Shown: positions 12,338-23,949 of the stretch, in pieces
Layout of the letters: each line of letters starts with the position of its first letter
Numbering within the stretch: position 1 is the stretch's first letter
Assembly: GCF_964188315.1 (NCBI RefSeq)
Contig: NC_135667.1
Location: forward strand, 22,630,001 to 22,694,000
Source of the DNA: Podarcis muralis
Lineage: Eukaryota
DNA length: 64,000 nucleotides
Reading direction: 5' to 3'
Notes under the pieces: generated by a model
Databases searched by the model: none
What the model was told of the DNA's origin: nothing
What the model saw: only the letters and a program-made list of their open reading frames with translations
Position numbers and translations under genes: made by a program

Positions 12338-13169
12338 CCATATTTTTCGCTCCATAAGATGCACCTGACCATAAGACACGCCTAGTTTTTAGAGGAGGAA
12401 AACAAGAAAAAAATATTCTGAACGAAACAGTGGATGTATGATTTTTGTGGTTCATGCTGTGGCCACAGACATGTGATTTGACGCTGAGTTTGGGGTAGCC
12501 CAATACAAAAATCCTGAGAATCCATGTGGATCCGTGCTTTGCAACCACATTTTTGCGCCATTGCGGCCCTATGCAACAGTGGGTGCATGAATTTTTTTGG
12601 TGCAGGCTGTAGCCATGGACATGCTATGTGATCTGATGGTGAATTTGGGGTGAATTTGGGGTGACCTGATGTAAAAATCCTGAGGGTCCATGGGTTTTTA
12701 CCTCCCCCTCCCAAGCAGACTCTTTTATTGTGTCCCTTATCTCTCTCCCGATCCTACCAATCAGCTGCTTCCTTTCAACACTCCCTTCCCTCTTGTTTGC
12801 CTTAGAGTCTTTTCCTTAGCTGGAACAGTTTTTTGCTCCTCCTTTTCTTCTAATTTTTCTCCTCATTGATTTAGTCTTCCTGTTTCCTCTACTTGCAAGT
12901 TTGCTGTCTTTACCTCCCCCCCTCCCAGGCAGCCTCCTTTATCTCTAGCGTCCCTTATCTCCCTCCCCAATCGCTTGCCGATTAGCGGCTTTGTTTCAAC
13001 ACCCACTTCCCTCTTTCAAAAAAAAAAAAAAAGGGGGGGGGAGCATGATCTGCTTTTCACCCCTGGGCAATTCAGCTCCAGGGACCACACATTCGCTCCA
13101 TAAGATGCACAGACATATCCCCTTACTTTTAGGAAGAAAAAAGTGTGTCTTATGGAACGAAAAATATGG
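12338..13169. mobile_element. Non-autonomous Tc1/mariner-type DNA transposon (about 830 bp)
   Basis: About 27-bp TIRs ccatatttttcgctccataagatgcac / gtgtgtcttatggaacgaaaaatatgg flanked by TA on both sides. Confidence 0.75.
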
Positions 13170-13470
13170 TAGATTACAATCAGTCCTGCGTCACCATTAC
13201 AGTGGTAAACAGTGAGCCTTAGACCTATGCTCTGGCGAAGTTTCAAGCATCATCTAGACTCTATGCTAATGTATCGTCAAATATGCTCTGCTGTAATATT
13301 ATGGCAGCATTATCTGAATGCCAGAGAATTAGTAAGGGGGTTGTCAAAAATAGTGGAGGTTTTTTGAGGTCATATCATATATTTATAATGCTATGACATC
13401 ATTACCTGACTGCCAGATAATTAAGTTCTGGGAAAGTAAAAAAAAAAGGGGGGGGGCTTATTTAGGCTCA

Positions 13471-13902
13471 TGTTGAGAAGTAAGTAGTTGTATGTTTGTT
13501 GAGATTCATTACAAATTAGTAAGACACACCTGTTATCTTAAAAAGAAATGACTAATTGGTATCAGAACCAATTAGTGTGGTCACAGTGTGACCCAACGTG
13601 ACTTACATTGAAAACTATGAAGAACAACTCAAAAACCTAAAAACACAGCTAGACAATAAAAAGACTGGACTAAAAGGTGACAGGAACATAGAGGTTTTGA
13701 GCAGGGGTTGCTGGAAGGAATAAGGAGGAAGAAGGACTGGGATCCATCTTTGCGAGAAGCTGGTCGCAGAGCTGGCTGGGACAGACTCCTTGGGCTCCAG
13801 GGCTGCACTGCTGTGGGGTACAAGCCCCTCTTGAAATGACTCCCTCCATGCAGACTAAAGGTGCAAATAGGTGAATAAACCATATTTCTTAAAGCTACAA
13901 CA
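13471..13902 (+). mobile_element. Probable solo LTR
   Basis: TGTTG...CAACA termini, with AATAAA about 25 bp before the 3' end; no clear TSD. Confidence 0.45.
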
Positions 13903-13968
13903 TTATCTGCCATGCCCCAATTCTCCAAAGGACACAGACTTTTTTACAATATTCAGATATTTCAGTTC

Positions 13969-14290
13969 CTATATATCCCTTCTTATTAGGTGCTCCCTGA
14001 TGTTCAAGGATGGCTTCAGGATAATAACGTAACATTTAGGGGCAAAAATACAATGTAAGAAGCCAAAACTAGAAGCCAAGCTGGAGAAAATTTCCACAGC
14101 CACCATGAGCTTTCCCTTGGTGCTCAGGTAAGAGGGAATAAAAGACAACCATACACTACAGAAGACCAACATGCTGAATGTAATGAATTTTGCTTCGTTG
14201 AAACTGTCTGACAACTTCCTAGCTAGGAAGGCCACAATGAAACTTACAATGGCTAGGAATCCCATGTAACACAGGACACAATAAAAAATA
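13969..14290 (-). pseudogene. V2R pseudogene fragment B: 3' part of exon 6 only (TM5-TM7 and tail)
   Basis: [40 protein letters not shown]...[10 protein letters not shown]; homology stops at about 14290 and no upstream exons follow. Confidence 0.9.
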
Positions 14291-14329
14291 GTGAGAATGT
14301 TGCTGTTTGTATCACCCTTCTTCTCTTTG

Positions 14330-14780
14330 CCTCTTCTGAGTAGATGGTGGATTGCTACATTCTAGTGTTATTTTGCACTGTGTTCTGCTCAAAACATTGG
14401 GGTTTATAAAGCTTTCAGGGGTCTATATCCTTTGTTGCACACTCATATCAGTCATTAGGATTCCTGCAGATGCTAAAACCTTCCTCAGCAAAAGGAGATG
14501 GTTTTATCCAAGACTTCTGGGAACAGGCATTCAGCTGTTCATTAGAACTGTCTATGGACTAAGAGAAGGAGCAGAAGAAAACTTTCAATGGGGAACCTGG
14601 AGAGTCTTTCCAGAAGTGTGTTTGAAATGAGCATGACTGGATGCAGCTACAATGTCTGCAATGCAGTCTATGCAGTGGCACATTCTTTGCATGCCATATA
14701 CAAATTCAGCCATAAAGATATAAGGTTGATAGAAGGAGAGAAATTATTCCGCCCGCCCCCCTAGAATGTCCAACCATGTT
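14330..14780 (+). pseudogene. V2R pseudogene fragment B': degraded 3' half of exon 3
   Basis: FQGSISFVAHSYQSLGFLQMLKPSSAKGDGFIQDFWEQAFSC, then stop and frameshift, then [29 protein letters not shown]; matches exon 3 of the intact genes; donor site lost. Confidence 0.85.
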
Positions 14781-15399
14781 GGATCACTGCAACTCATTAA
14801 AAAAGAAAGATGAGGTAGTTTTTGATTAAAAATAAATTAATTAAATGGATTATTAATCTGCACAATATAATCCCATACACCTCTCCATACTACTACTTCC
14901 TCTCACTAAGGAGTGTCCTTGAGTATTTCAACCCACATAAGAGGCTCTGCATAAACCAAAACAAAATTTGAAAGTGGGCACCCTCATCTCAATCCTGAGA
15001 CTCTGTCCAATCAGCATGGCTGGCTTTGTAGTTTGCTGACTAGCTGGCTGGCAATCAGGAATAGCTGTTTCCACTCACTCGCTCCACAGTTCCACAGTTT
15101 TGACCCAATAAGATGACAAGCAGGGTTGGTAAAGCTAACAAGGAGTGAAAACAGGTCAGTGTCTCCCCAATATAATTTATCTGCTTTTGTTTTGCTTTGT
15201 GTTGTTGTTTTGTTATAGGGCAGATTAGGAGTGATCTAGTTATTGGGTGTGTATGCTTGACTGTCTCCCCATTGTTATGGAAAGATTACTCCCTACTGAT
15301 ATTTGGACTGACTGTGATTGCTTCTCATTGTAGGGGCTAGGGTACCATTAAGGTAGTCTACCCCAGAAGACTTTTGGAATCAGAAGGATTCTAGACTTC

Positions 15400-16500
15400 A
15401 CTTGGCAAATTTCTAGTTCTCATGGCTGGTGCTCCCACTGATGTCCTGTATTTGTTATGGGACAGTGGGACGAACTCTTCTGAGCCCCTCTCCAAAATGA
15501 TGGAGCTTTGAATGGTCCACTGTTTCCCAAGGACCTTGGGTCTATGGAGTGAACTAGACATCAGAGTGCAGGTGACACAAACCCCAAAGCAAACATGACA
15601 AAACACATCTTGAGGCACATAACAGCACCTAGAAGCAGTGATGGCTGTGAAGAGAGTTTACTTTTGTGCCACCATTATGTCCAGAAGATCTGTTCTGAGT
15701 GGAAAATGGGCTTCTTATGTCCTGCCCAGATAGAGGAATGTGTGACAAATTTGCTAACCACTTTGATGGCAAAATTGTTCATGTTTTCTCTGAACTTGAT
15801 ACTGCAGTTGAATCAAACCTTGGTAATATCTTAGTTTCATCTGGATCTGTTTGAGTTGCTACAGCCTGGGCAGGAAAACTGCATGGATTTGGCTGACTAC
15901 ATGCCCCCTCAAACTTTCCCATTTGTGCTTGTGCAGTCAAGTCATGAGGCACTGATGGGGTGCATTCTGAGAGTGGCTAATATTTTCTTGTGGGAAGTAA
16001 TGGTGCCTTCTGCCTCAAACGAAGTGAAGGTTTGGCCCTCCTGAAGAAACTTTCTGAGCAATGTTCTGAAGAAAGTGGGGGTTGGGCAACTGAAGGCACT
16101 GGTGGAGGAAGGGGGGTGCGGTAGGTGCTGTCCGCCCTGGGTATCTTCCATGGGAGGGGTGAGCCCTGCCCCCAGGGCACAGCATGTGCCCTGCTCCAGG
16201 TGCCAGAACAGCTAGCTCTGCTTCTGACTGAAGGCACACTTACATCATGTGGATTAGGCATGTATCCCACATCAGGCAGCCCACCTTCTACCTGATAGGA
16301 ATCTGGTAGTTGACCTTGTGTTGGGGAGTTGCCCCCAACATGGATTGGGGACCACATCCTCACACAGGCCAACATTGGGTGAAGTGTATTGGCTCATTGG
16401 TCTCCCTGCTGGTGATGGGAGTTGTAGCTCAGCAACATCTGGAAATTGGCCACCATTGTTTTAACATTCTTTTGAGGCCCACAGCCATGTGCTTAGTTCT
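15400..16500 (+). mobile_element. Highly degraded L2-like LINE RT region
   Basis: Frame-broken translation CILRVANIFLWEVMVPSASNEVKVWPS..FLSNVLKKVGVGQLKALVEE resembles L2 (GVVPxALKEAVVRPLLKK..FLGKVLERVVAxQL). Confidence 0.5.
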
Positions 16501-16845
16501 GGTCCCTGAATGAGAAAATCATACTTTTGCTGAGCTGTGACAAACATGTTTTCTTCACCAGTTTGAAGCAGAATGCACAACCATGGATATAATTATCCAA
16601 GGAAGTTTGATGAACAATTATCTTTATTCAAAAAGTCTCTATGGAATTTCACTGGCTCTGAGCAAAACTGTTAGCCAATATTGTAAAGGATGCATAAACC
16701 ACATCAAATTCAAGACTAGGAATGATGGATAGACAGGTTTGTGCTGATTCATATTTTCCAGTTCAGGCATCAAATCACCTCCTTTGTAATCATGACAGTT
16801 GAGAAACTAGGACAACTGTGTGTAAAGGGAAAAATCGTATTCTGG

Positions 16846-17137
16846 ATGAGGTTGTTGGCGATCTTGACACTGCTGCTCTTGCTGTTGCCTCACACAATGT
16901 GCCATTTTGATGTTTTTAAATGCGTCAACAGTGACCCCTATGCTATTATCCACAAGTATTGTCAGCCAGGTGACATCCTCATTGGTGGCCTCACTTCTCT
17001 GATTTTCATCACTTCAGACACAATAGCCTTCACAAAGCACCCACACCAGTCAGTGGTTGAGGAGCCTGCGTAAGGAGTCATTTTTATGCTTCAATTCCCA
17101 AACAAGCAATATTAATTTATCCAGATAGTCCCATGCA

Positions 17138-17196
<59 letters not shown>

Positions 17197-20100
17197 TAAA
17201 TTTATTTCCTGCCTTCCTTCCATCATAGAATCAAAAGCAACATCATGGTTCCTAAGTGGTCTTTCATCTAGGCACTGATCAGACCCAGACCTGATTAGCT
17301 TTAACAAGCTCCTATGCCTTCATACTGGAACTGGATATTTTTTAGTTATGGGATGGAAATAAACTTGCCATTCCTCACCCTGAATACCACCAAGCCCAGC
17401 AATGATGTTCTTTTACTGAACATGAAGGAGCAGGGGATGGCCAGTTGCATTGGGTCTTACTGCTTTCCCAGTGCTGTGCCCCTCAGCCTCTCTCTCTCCT
17501 TTTGTGACACACTGAGTCACTTTCTTACATCACCTTAATCTTAGTGCCATTGATACACTTTCTGTATCAGACCCAGCATTTCCACACCCATGCACAATAT
17601 GTTTAGCAATTTGAAGTGATGTAAGATTCTGAAGGTTCTCTGTTCTGAGGAGAAAACAAGACAGTAATGATTATTGTATTAACTTCAGAATATCCCTCTG
17701 ATGCAGTATGTCACTCTCTTTGTAGCTTACTGACTAAAAACTACCAGCACATCCTGGCCTTGGCATTTGCGGTAAAGGAGATAAATGAAAACCCACATAT
17801 ATTGCCCAATACCACATTGGGTTTTCACATCTATGACAGCTATTTCAATGCAAGATGGACCTTTCATGCCACCATGAATCTCATCTATACACAGGAAAGG
17901 TTTAGACCCAACTTCATGTGTAATGCTCAGAGCAATCTGATAGCAGTCATTGGGGGACTGGACTCTCAAACTTCCATAAACTTGGCAGTCCTGTTAAGCA
18001 TCTACAAAATCCCACAGGTAGGCAGTGTGGCAAGTAGTATGCAGAAATTTAACAAGTCATTAACAATGTGATTGGAAACATTAGAAGTAATCTAGATGTT
18101 GTTGGACCATCTTTCATCATCTGCAGCCAGAATGGCCAGTGGTCAGGGATGACAGAAGTGATATTCTAACAACATATGTAAGACCACAGTTTAGCCACAT
18201 CAGATGGAAAGAAGACCCACTGAGTTCAAAGGGACTTACTACCAAGAAACTGGGTGAAAGATTGAAGCCTAAAATGTCTATTGTCTTCCAAGCTAAGTTT
18301 TATATCTGTGAAAACTGAGTCGCAGAATTTAGCTACTGTTTGAAAATCAGATTTAAGTGTTGTAAGTTGCCCTGTGATATTTGGATGTAGGGTAGCATAT
18401 ATATTTAATAAATAAATCAAACAATATTTGTATGGTTTATTCAAAAAAATGTTATAATTGTGCCATAGTAAAGAGAAGGGGAGTGCCCTTTTAGATTAGT
18501 GTGATCTCCTGAACCAATATAATCATTGCCTTTGTATTTATACCATTTTCAAAACAAGAGGTCTATTTCCTTTTCCTTAATTTCTCATTCATGACCAATA
18601 TTTACTTGTTGATATTTGGGAACAAGGCTGACTATTGAGCAATAGTATCATCACTCCTCTTCTTCTTCTTCTTCTTCTTCTTCTTCTTCTTCTTCTTCTT
18701 CTTCTTCTTCTTCTTCTTCTTCTTCCTCTTGTTCCACACTTCCCTTTAGCTCATCTATGGCTGTGCCCCAACAATGAATGATGAAAGTGAAGCATTTCCC
18801 TTTTATAAAATGGTCCCAAATGAATCTCATCAGTACATGGGGATTCTCAAGTTGCTGCTGCATTTCAACTGGACATGGATTGGGGTCCTTGTTTTAGATG
18901 ATGAAAATGGAGAACGAATTGTTCAGGCTGTGCTTCCAATGTTTTCCCAGAATGGCATTTGTTTTGCTTTTGTAGAAAAGCAAATGAAAATATCTTTCAT
19001 TGATAGTATGCTGGACATGTTGAAGCAGGGGTTGAAAATATATCAAATGATTATGGAAAGCAAGGCTAATGCATTTGTTTTCTTTGGAGAAACGCAGTCC
19101 ACAACAGCAATAAGATGGTGGCTGTCTTTACCAAAATTCAATTACACGGAAAATATATCAAAAGGTATTGTCTGGATTATGACAGCCCAAATGGACTTGG
19201 GATCATTTTCATATCAAAGGAACTGGGATGTTCAAGCCATCCATGGTTCACTGTCCTTCACTATTCACTCCAGTGAAGTGTCAGGATTCTCCAAATTTCT
19301 TCAGAGCGTAAACCCTACAAAGATAAAAGGTGATGGCTTTATAAGAGAATTCTGGAAGCAATCTTTCAACTGTGCATGGTCAATTTCGGTCGCAGACAAA
19401 GAGGATGAGAATATTTGTACCGGGGAAGAGAAGCTAGAGAGCCTTCCAGGGGCTTTTTTTGAAAGAAGCATGACTGGCCACAGCTATAGCATTTACAATG
19501 GAGTTTATGCTTCAGCTCATGCCTTGCACACTCTGCAATCATCCACATCCAAATTTAAAGCAATGGTGCATGGAAATTATGTTAATCTTCAGAATAAGCA
19601 GTCATGGCAGGTAAAGCCCTCAGCAGACTATGCATAATATATATTTGGCTGCAGCAATACTCCACACAGACCTCTCCCTCCTCCATCTGTCCAATTCTCA
19701 CCAAAAATGTATCCTTCAGAGGAGTTGCTCCAGACCATTGATTTTGTTTCCAATTTCTGAACTCTTTACAAGCAACTAAAACTCTGCAGATTATTCCAAC
19801 TGTAGTTACACCATTGATTTGTGTAACGACACTTTATAATCAATTTCCTAATGATTCCTAACATTTTGCCTTTTTCACAGCTGCTGTAAACTAATTGTAA
19901 ACATGCATAAGGATTGTGATATAACCCTGATGTGCATATGTTTGCAGGTCAAAAAGGTTTTGACATATCTTATTTACAAGTTTATCTTATTTACAATCTC
20001 ACAAGTGATTCTTCATTTCTTTTTAAAAAATAACAAACCCATCACACTGATAAATTATATGTATACTAGACTCCCAGTGGTCACTCACTAGGTCTCTATT

Positions 20101-23100
20101 TGCTTAGCAGTATCAATTGTTTCCATACGTTTCACTGGGTACTTCTGTCTTATTTTCAATTTAGCTTCATCATCTTCTGAGACGTATTTCATTTAACAAC
20201 AGCTCTGGGGACAAAGTTTCCTTTGACCATAATGGGGAACAAATAGCTGGATTCGATATTATAAACTGGGTCACTTTCCCAAACCAATCCTTCATTCGAC
20301 TGAAAGTTGGAAAAATGGATCCTTTGGCTCCTGAACACCAAGTATTTACCATTAATGATGATGCTATCATGTGGCACAGCAAATTTAATCAGGTAGGATC
20401 CAAATGCAGGCATTTATGGAAGTCTTCAAATTCTAAATAAATGGTGAGGCCAAGGTCTCGGATATTGTTTATGAGATAGTAAAGTATATGTATGGACTGG
20501 ACTATTCTACTGCAGATTGCAGGTGGAACCTCACATGACTGAAGTCTTGACATTGAGAACAAATTAAATCACTGCATGTTGAAAACTAGATGTCAGGAAT
20601 AAGTGTGATCTGGCCCGAAGTGGTACAGTTCAGAAACTGGTTCGCCACATCATCAGTCTGATCATTGAACAAAGTCAGATTCATATTACTGAACTGCAAA
20701 GTCAGTTCATTTAGGCATTATTGAGCCCCTTTTAATTATTGACCTTGTTTGGAAATGGCATACTGCTAATTTATTGCTCTAGAAAGTAGAGGGTCTAAAG
20801 GGTCCTGACATATTGCACTTAAGTCTGTCACTTGGAAAATGTAATTGAAAGAACACTTCTGGAAAATAATGAAGTGGTATAAGTAGATAAGGAAAAAAAA
20901 ATGTTTGAATGTGGTCTTGTAGCTGCATACACTTCCTTAATAGTGCCTATCATACTAGAAGGCAGCAATGCATTTTTGACGATGGTAATCAGTGCTACAA
21001 AGAAATGTATTCAGAGTGAGAAGAACAAACCCTGCCCTCTGCCCCAGCATTCTACGTGGTACAAGATTAGTTAGTTCTTACTGAGCTCTAAAGTAGGATT
21101 TTTTGCATTCATCCATGATTGGACATTTGGCTCATCCTTTTTCACCTGCTCCTTACTGGTCCATCTGGGTGTGCTCCTCATTCTGGGTGTGGTGGTTGAT
21201 TAGTTTGTTTGGCATTTTCTTCTGTCAGAATCACCAAGTAATGTGAACAGGTAGGGACTTTAGGACAGCATTCCTTGGTGAGCACTTCCATGCATCTTTT
21301 GGATTAAGGGCAATAACCAGCCTACTTCTCATTGCCACTCAGCTTGTAGGACTAGGGTTGGTGGGATCTTCTTTGTACCTGGAGGTTCATCCTTCTGAAC
21401 ACTGACCAGCTTATGGAGAGTGGAGAACATGGATGCTTCCTGCATGAATCATCTTTATCATCCTTGAGCCAAAGTGTTGTTGCCCTAGTAAAGTAACAAC
21501 ATGAGTCTAGCTCAGTAGTCTTCTCAATAGAGGGATGCTGGCTTGAAAGAAAAATAACTTATAGTTGCACCAACTGTAGGTCCCTAACATGCTACATAAA
21601 TAAAGTTATGACTATATACCCCTTGAATTGCGTCTTCATTCTGGGGTGTAGGGAAGAGGGAACAGACTAAAATGTAATACGGAACAATATTACATTGTGT
21701 TAACAGCCAATGGATCAACCAGTCAGAAAATTGTGATCTGCATATTTCTGAGTATTATACATTCTTCTCTTTCATTTATGCAAAGGCACTGCCCTTTTCT
21801 CTGTGTAATGAAAATTGCCACCCTGGTTACAATAAGAGGGGAAAGGAAGGGGAGCCCTTTTGTTGTTATGATTGCATCCCATGTCCAAAAGGAAAAGTTT
21901 CAAACCAAACAGGTAAGAGATATGACATTTTGTGATAAGAATATAAGGAATCAAGTTCTGTATTTCAGCTTTACATGAATTTTCTAGATTTCCATGAAAA
22001 CATTTTCTGGAAGATGAAATTTTAAGAAAATATGTGTGCCTGTGGGCAGGATGTAAACATGAACCAGTTAGAAATCTATAGCCATTAAAAGTCTGCTAGA
22101 CTATCAACAAAATAACAGCAGCAGCAGCAACAACAACAACAGTAATGAATAAAGGTATTATTATAATGCATTTGAGAAATCAAAACCACATTTATTTTTT
22201 ATTTTTCAGATATGGATCATTGTTTTACATGCCCAGAAGTTTATTATCCAAATAAGGACCAGGAGTTTTGCATTCCTAAAGTCATAACATTCTTATCTTA
22301 TGAAGAACCTTTGGGGCTAAGTTTATCCATTTGTACTCTTTCCTTTTTTATCATCACAGGTTTGGTGCTAGGAACATTTGTGAAATACCAACACACTCCT
22401 ATAGTCAAAGCAAATAACCAAAATCTCACATACACTCAGCTTGTCTCCCTCTTGCTCTGTTTTCTTTGTGCTTTGCTATTCATTGGCCGACCTGAGAAAG
22501 TGAAATGTCTCTTGCAACAAACTGCTTTTGGCATAATCTTCTCCGTGGCAGTTTCTAGCATGTTGGCAAAAACCACTACAGTGATTCTTGCTTTCATGGC
22601 CACAAAGCCAGGAAGCAGGATGAGGGTATGGATGGGAAAGAAATTCACCAACTCCATTCTTCTGTTTTGCTCCCTTATTCAAATAGGCATTTGTACTCTT
22701 TGGCTAGCAGTATCTCCTCCATTCCCAGATACTGACATGGATTCAATGACTAATGAAATTATATTGGAATGCAATGAGGGGTCAGCTGCCATGTTTTACT
22801 GTGTCCTGGGGTACATTGGTTTCCTGGCCATTCTTAGCTTCACTGTGGCTTTCAAAGCCAGGAAATTGCCAGACAGTTTCAATGAAGCCAAATTCATCAC
22901 TTTCAGCATGTTGGTCTTTTGCTGTATTTGGTTATCTTTTATTCCAGCCTATCTGAGTACTAAGGGAAAATACATGGTAGCAGTGGAAACCTTTTCTATC
23001 ATAGCCTCCAGTGCTGGGTTACTGGTCTGCATATTTTCCCCTAAATGTTACATTATTCTTTTGAGGCCTGAACTGAACATTAAGGAGCACTTGATGAGCA

Positions 23101-23114
23101 GAGGGAAAATGTGA
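16846..23114 (+). CDS. V2R gene C, intact, 878 aa
   Basis: Exons 16846-17069, 17726-18017, 18750-19610, 20165-20392, 21786-21912, 22210-23114 (224/292/861/228/127/905 bp); GT-AG, in frame. An alternative in-frame ATG lies at 16792. Confidence 0.95.
17141..17192. repeat. (TC)n microsatellite
   Basis: Dinucleotide run in gene C intron 1. Confidence 0.9.
18658..18725. repeat. (CTT)n microsatellite forming the polypyrimidine tract of gene C exon 3
   Basis: About 22 CTT units ending about 24 nt before the acceptor AG at 18748-18749. Confidence 0.95.
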
Positions 23115-23355
23115 TATGTTAAGCCTCTAGGTCTTCTGATATTAGCTTTTATCAAGCAGTGAAATCATGCCCTGGGGAGAAGATGTGCTTTTAAAAATCC
23201 TCCCAGCATGAGAAACAATTTGGGGCTAACAGACTGAGAACTGCCTTTCCTTCTTTTGGTATCCTTTCAACAACTCTTCTATTAAAATATACTCAACTCT
23301 TTTTGTTGTTGTTTTTTAAAGTAGGTTTTCAGCAGCTTACTTGAAAGGCTGCATC

Positions 23356-23479
23356 AGTGCTGGTTTTCTAGAATAAGACATGCCAGAACTCCCATGAATG
23401 TCTCCCATGAATGCAATTGCACCCACCTGAGAGGTGCCAGAACTGAGTTCCGGTCAGTTCCAACTGAAAAAACCCCTGG
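23356..23479. mobile_element. Probable short hAT-type MITE
   Basis: Termini cagtgctggtttt / aaaaaacccctg with an internal gaactgagttccgg motif. Confidence 0.4.
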
Positions 23480-23826
23480 GCTGCATTATGCTTAATACAG
23501 CCAGTAATTGTCTGCAGTCAGGAAAGTATCTCCTGCAAGTTCCAAGCATCTCATAAGCCTGCTCCTCAGTAACTCAGAGCAGCATATTCAGTATGGCTGC
23601 TGTAAGAGCCAACACCTAGGAGCTGAGTTGCCTTCAGGTCACAATATTTTTTTTGATGGGCATTGCTATTCAAATGATGTGGTTGTGCTGCATCTTCTGA
23701 TTGATTATGTAGGCTGGGGGTTACCTGCCCCACCCCTGAATATTTTATTCAAGTTGACACCCCTGATGGTTGCCCCTGTCCTGTGGAATATCATTCCCAT
23801 TGAGATGTTACAGGAACCCACTATCC

Positions 23827-23949
23827 TAAGGTTACCAGACGTCCCCATTTCCCAGGGACAGTCCCCGGATTTACAAATTAGTCCCCATACAAAATCCATT
23901 GAAGTTGAAAAGTGTCCTCGGATTCATTGAAAAAAATCTGGTAACCTTA
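23827..23949. mobile_element. hAT MITE with perfect TSD
   Basis: 13-bp perfect TIRs taaggttaccaga / tctggtaacctta; perfect 8-bp TSD CACTATCC at 23819-23826 and 23950-23957. Confidence 0.9.

Noticed and set aside
13551-13576. 10-bp hairpin actaattggt/accaattagt
   Set aside because: Short and inside an LTR-like repeat; nothing further supports a function.
15391-16375. Minus-strand ORFs (75-132 aa) as a processed pseudogene of a host gene
   Set aside because: No recognisable protein; the plus strand is better explained as a decayed L2 RT.
12050-16691. Shared 10-mer TGTAAAGGAT upstream of genes A and C as a promoter motif
   Set aside because: Absent upstream of D, F and H, at different spacing, and a single 10-mer match in AT-rich DNA can arise by chance.
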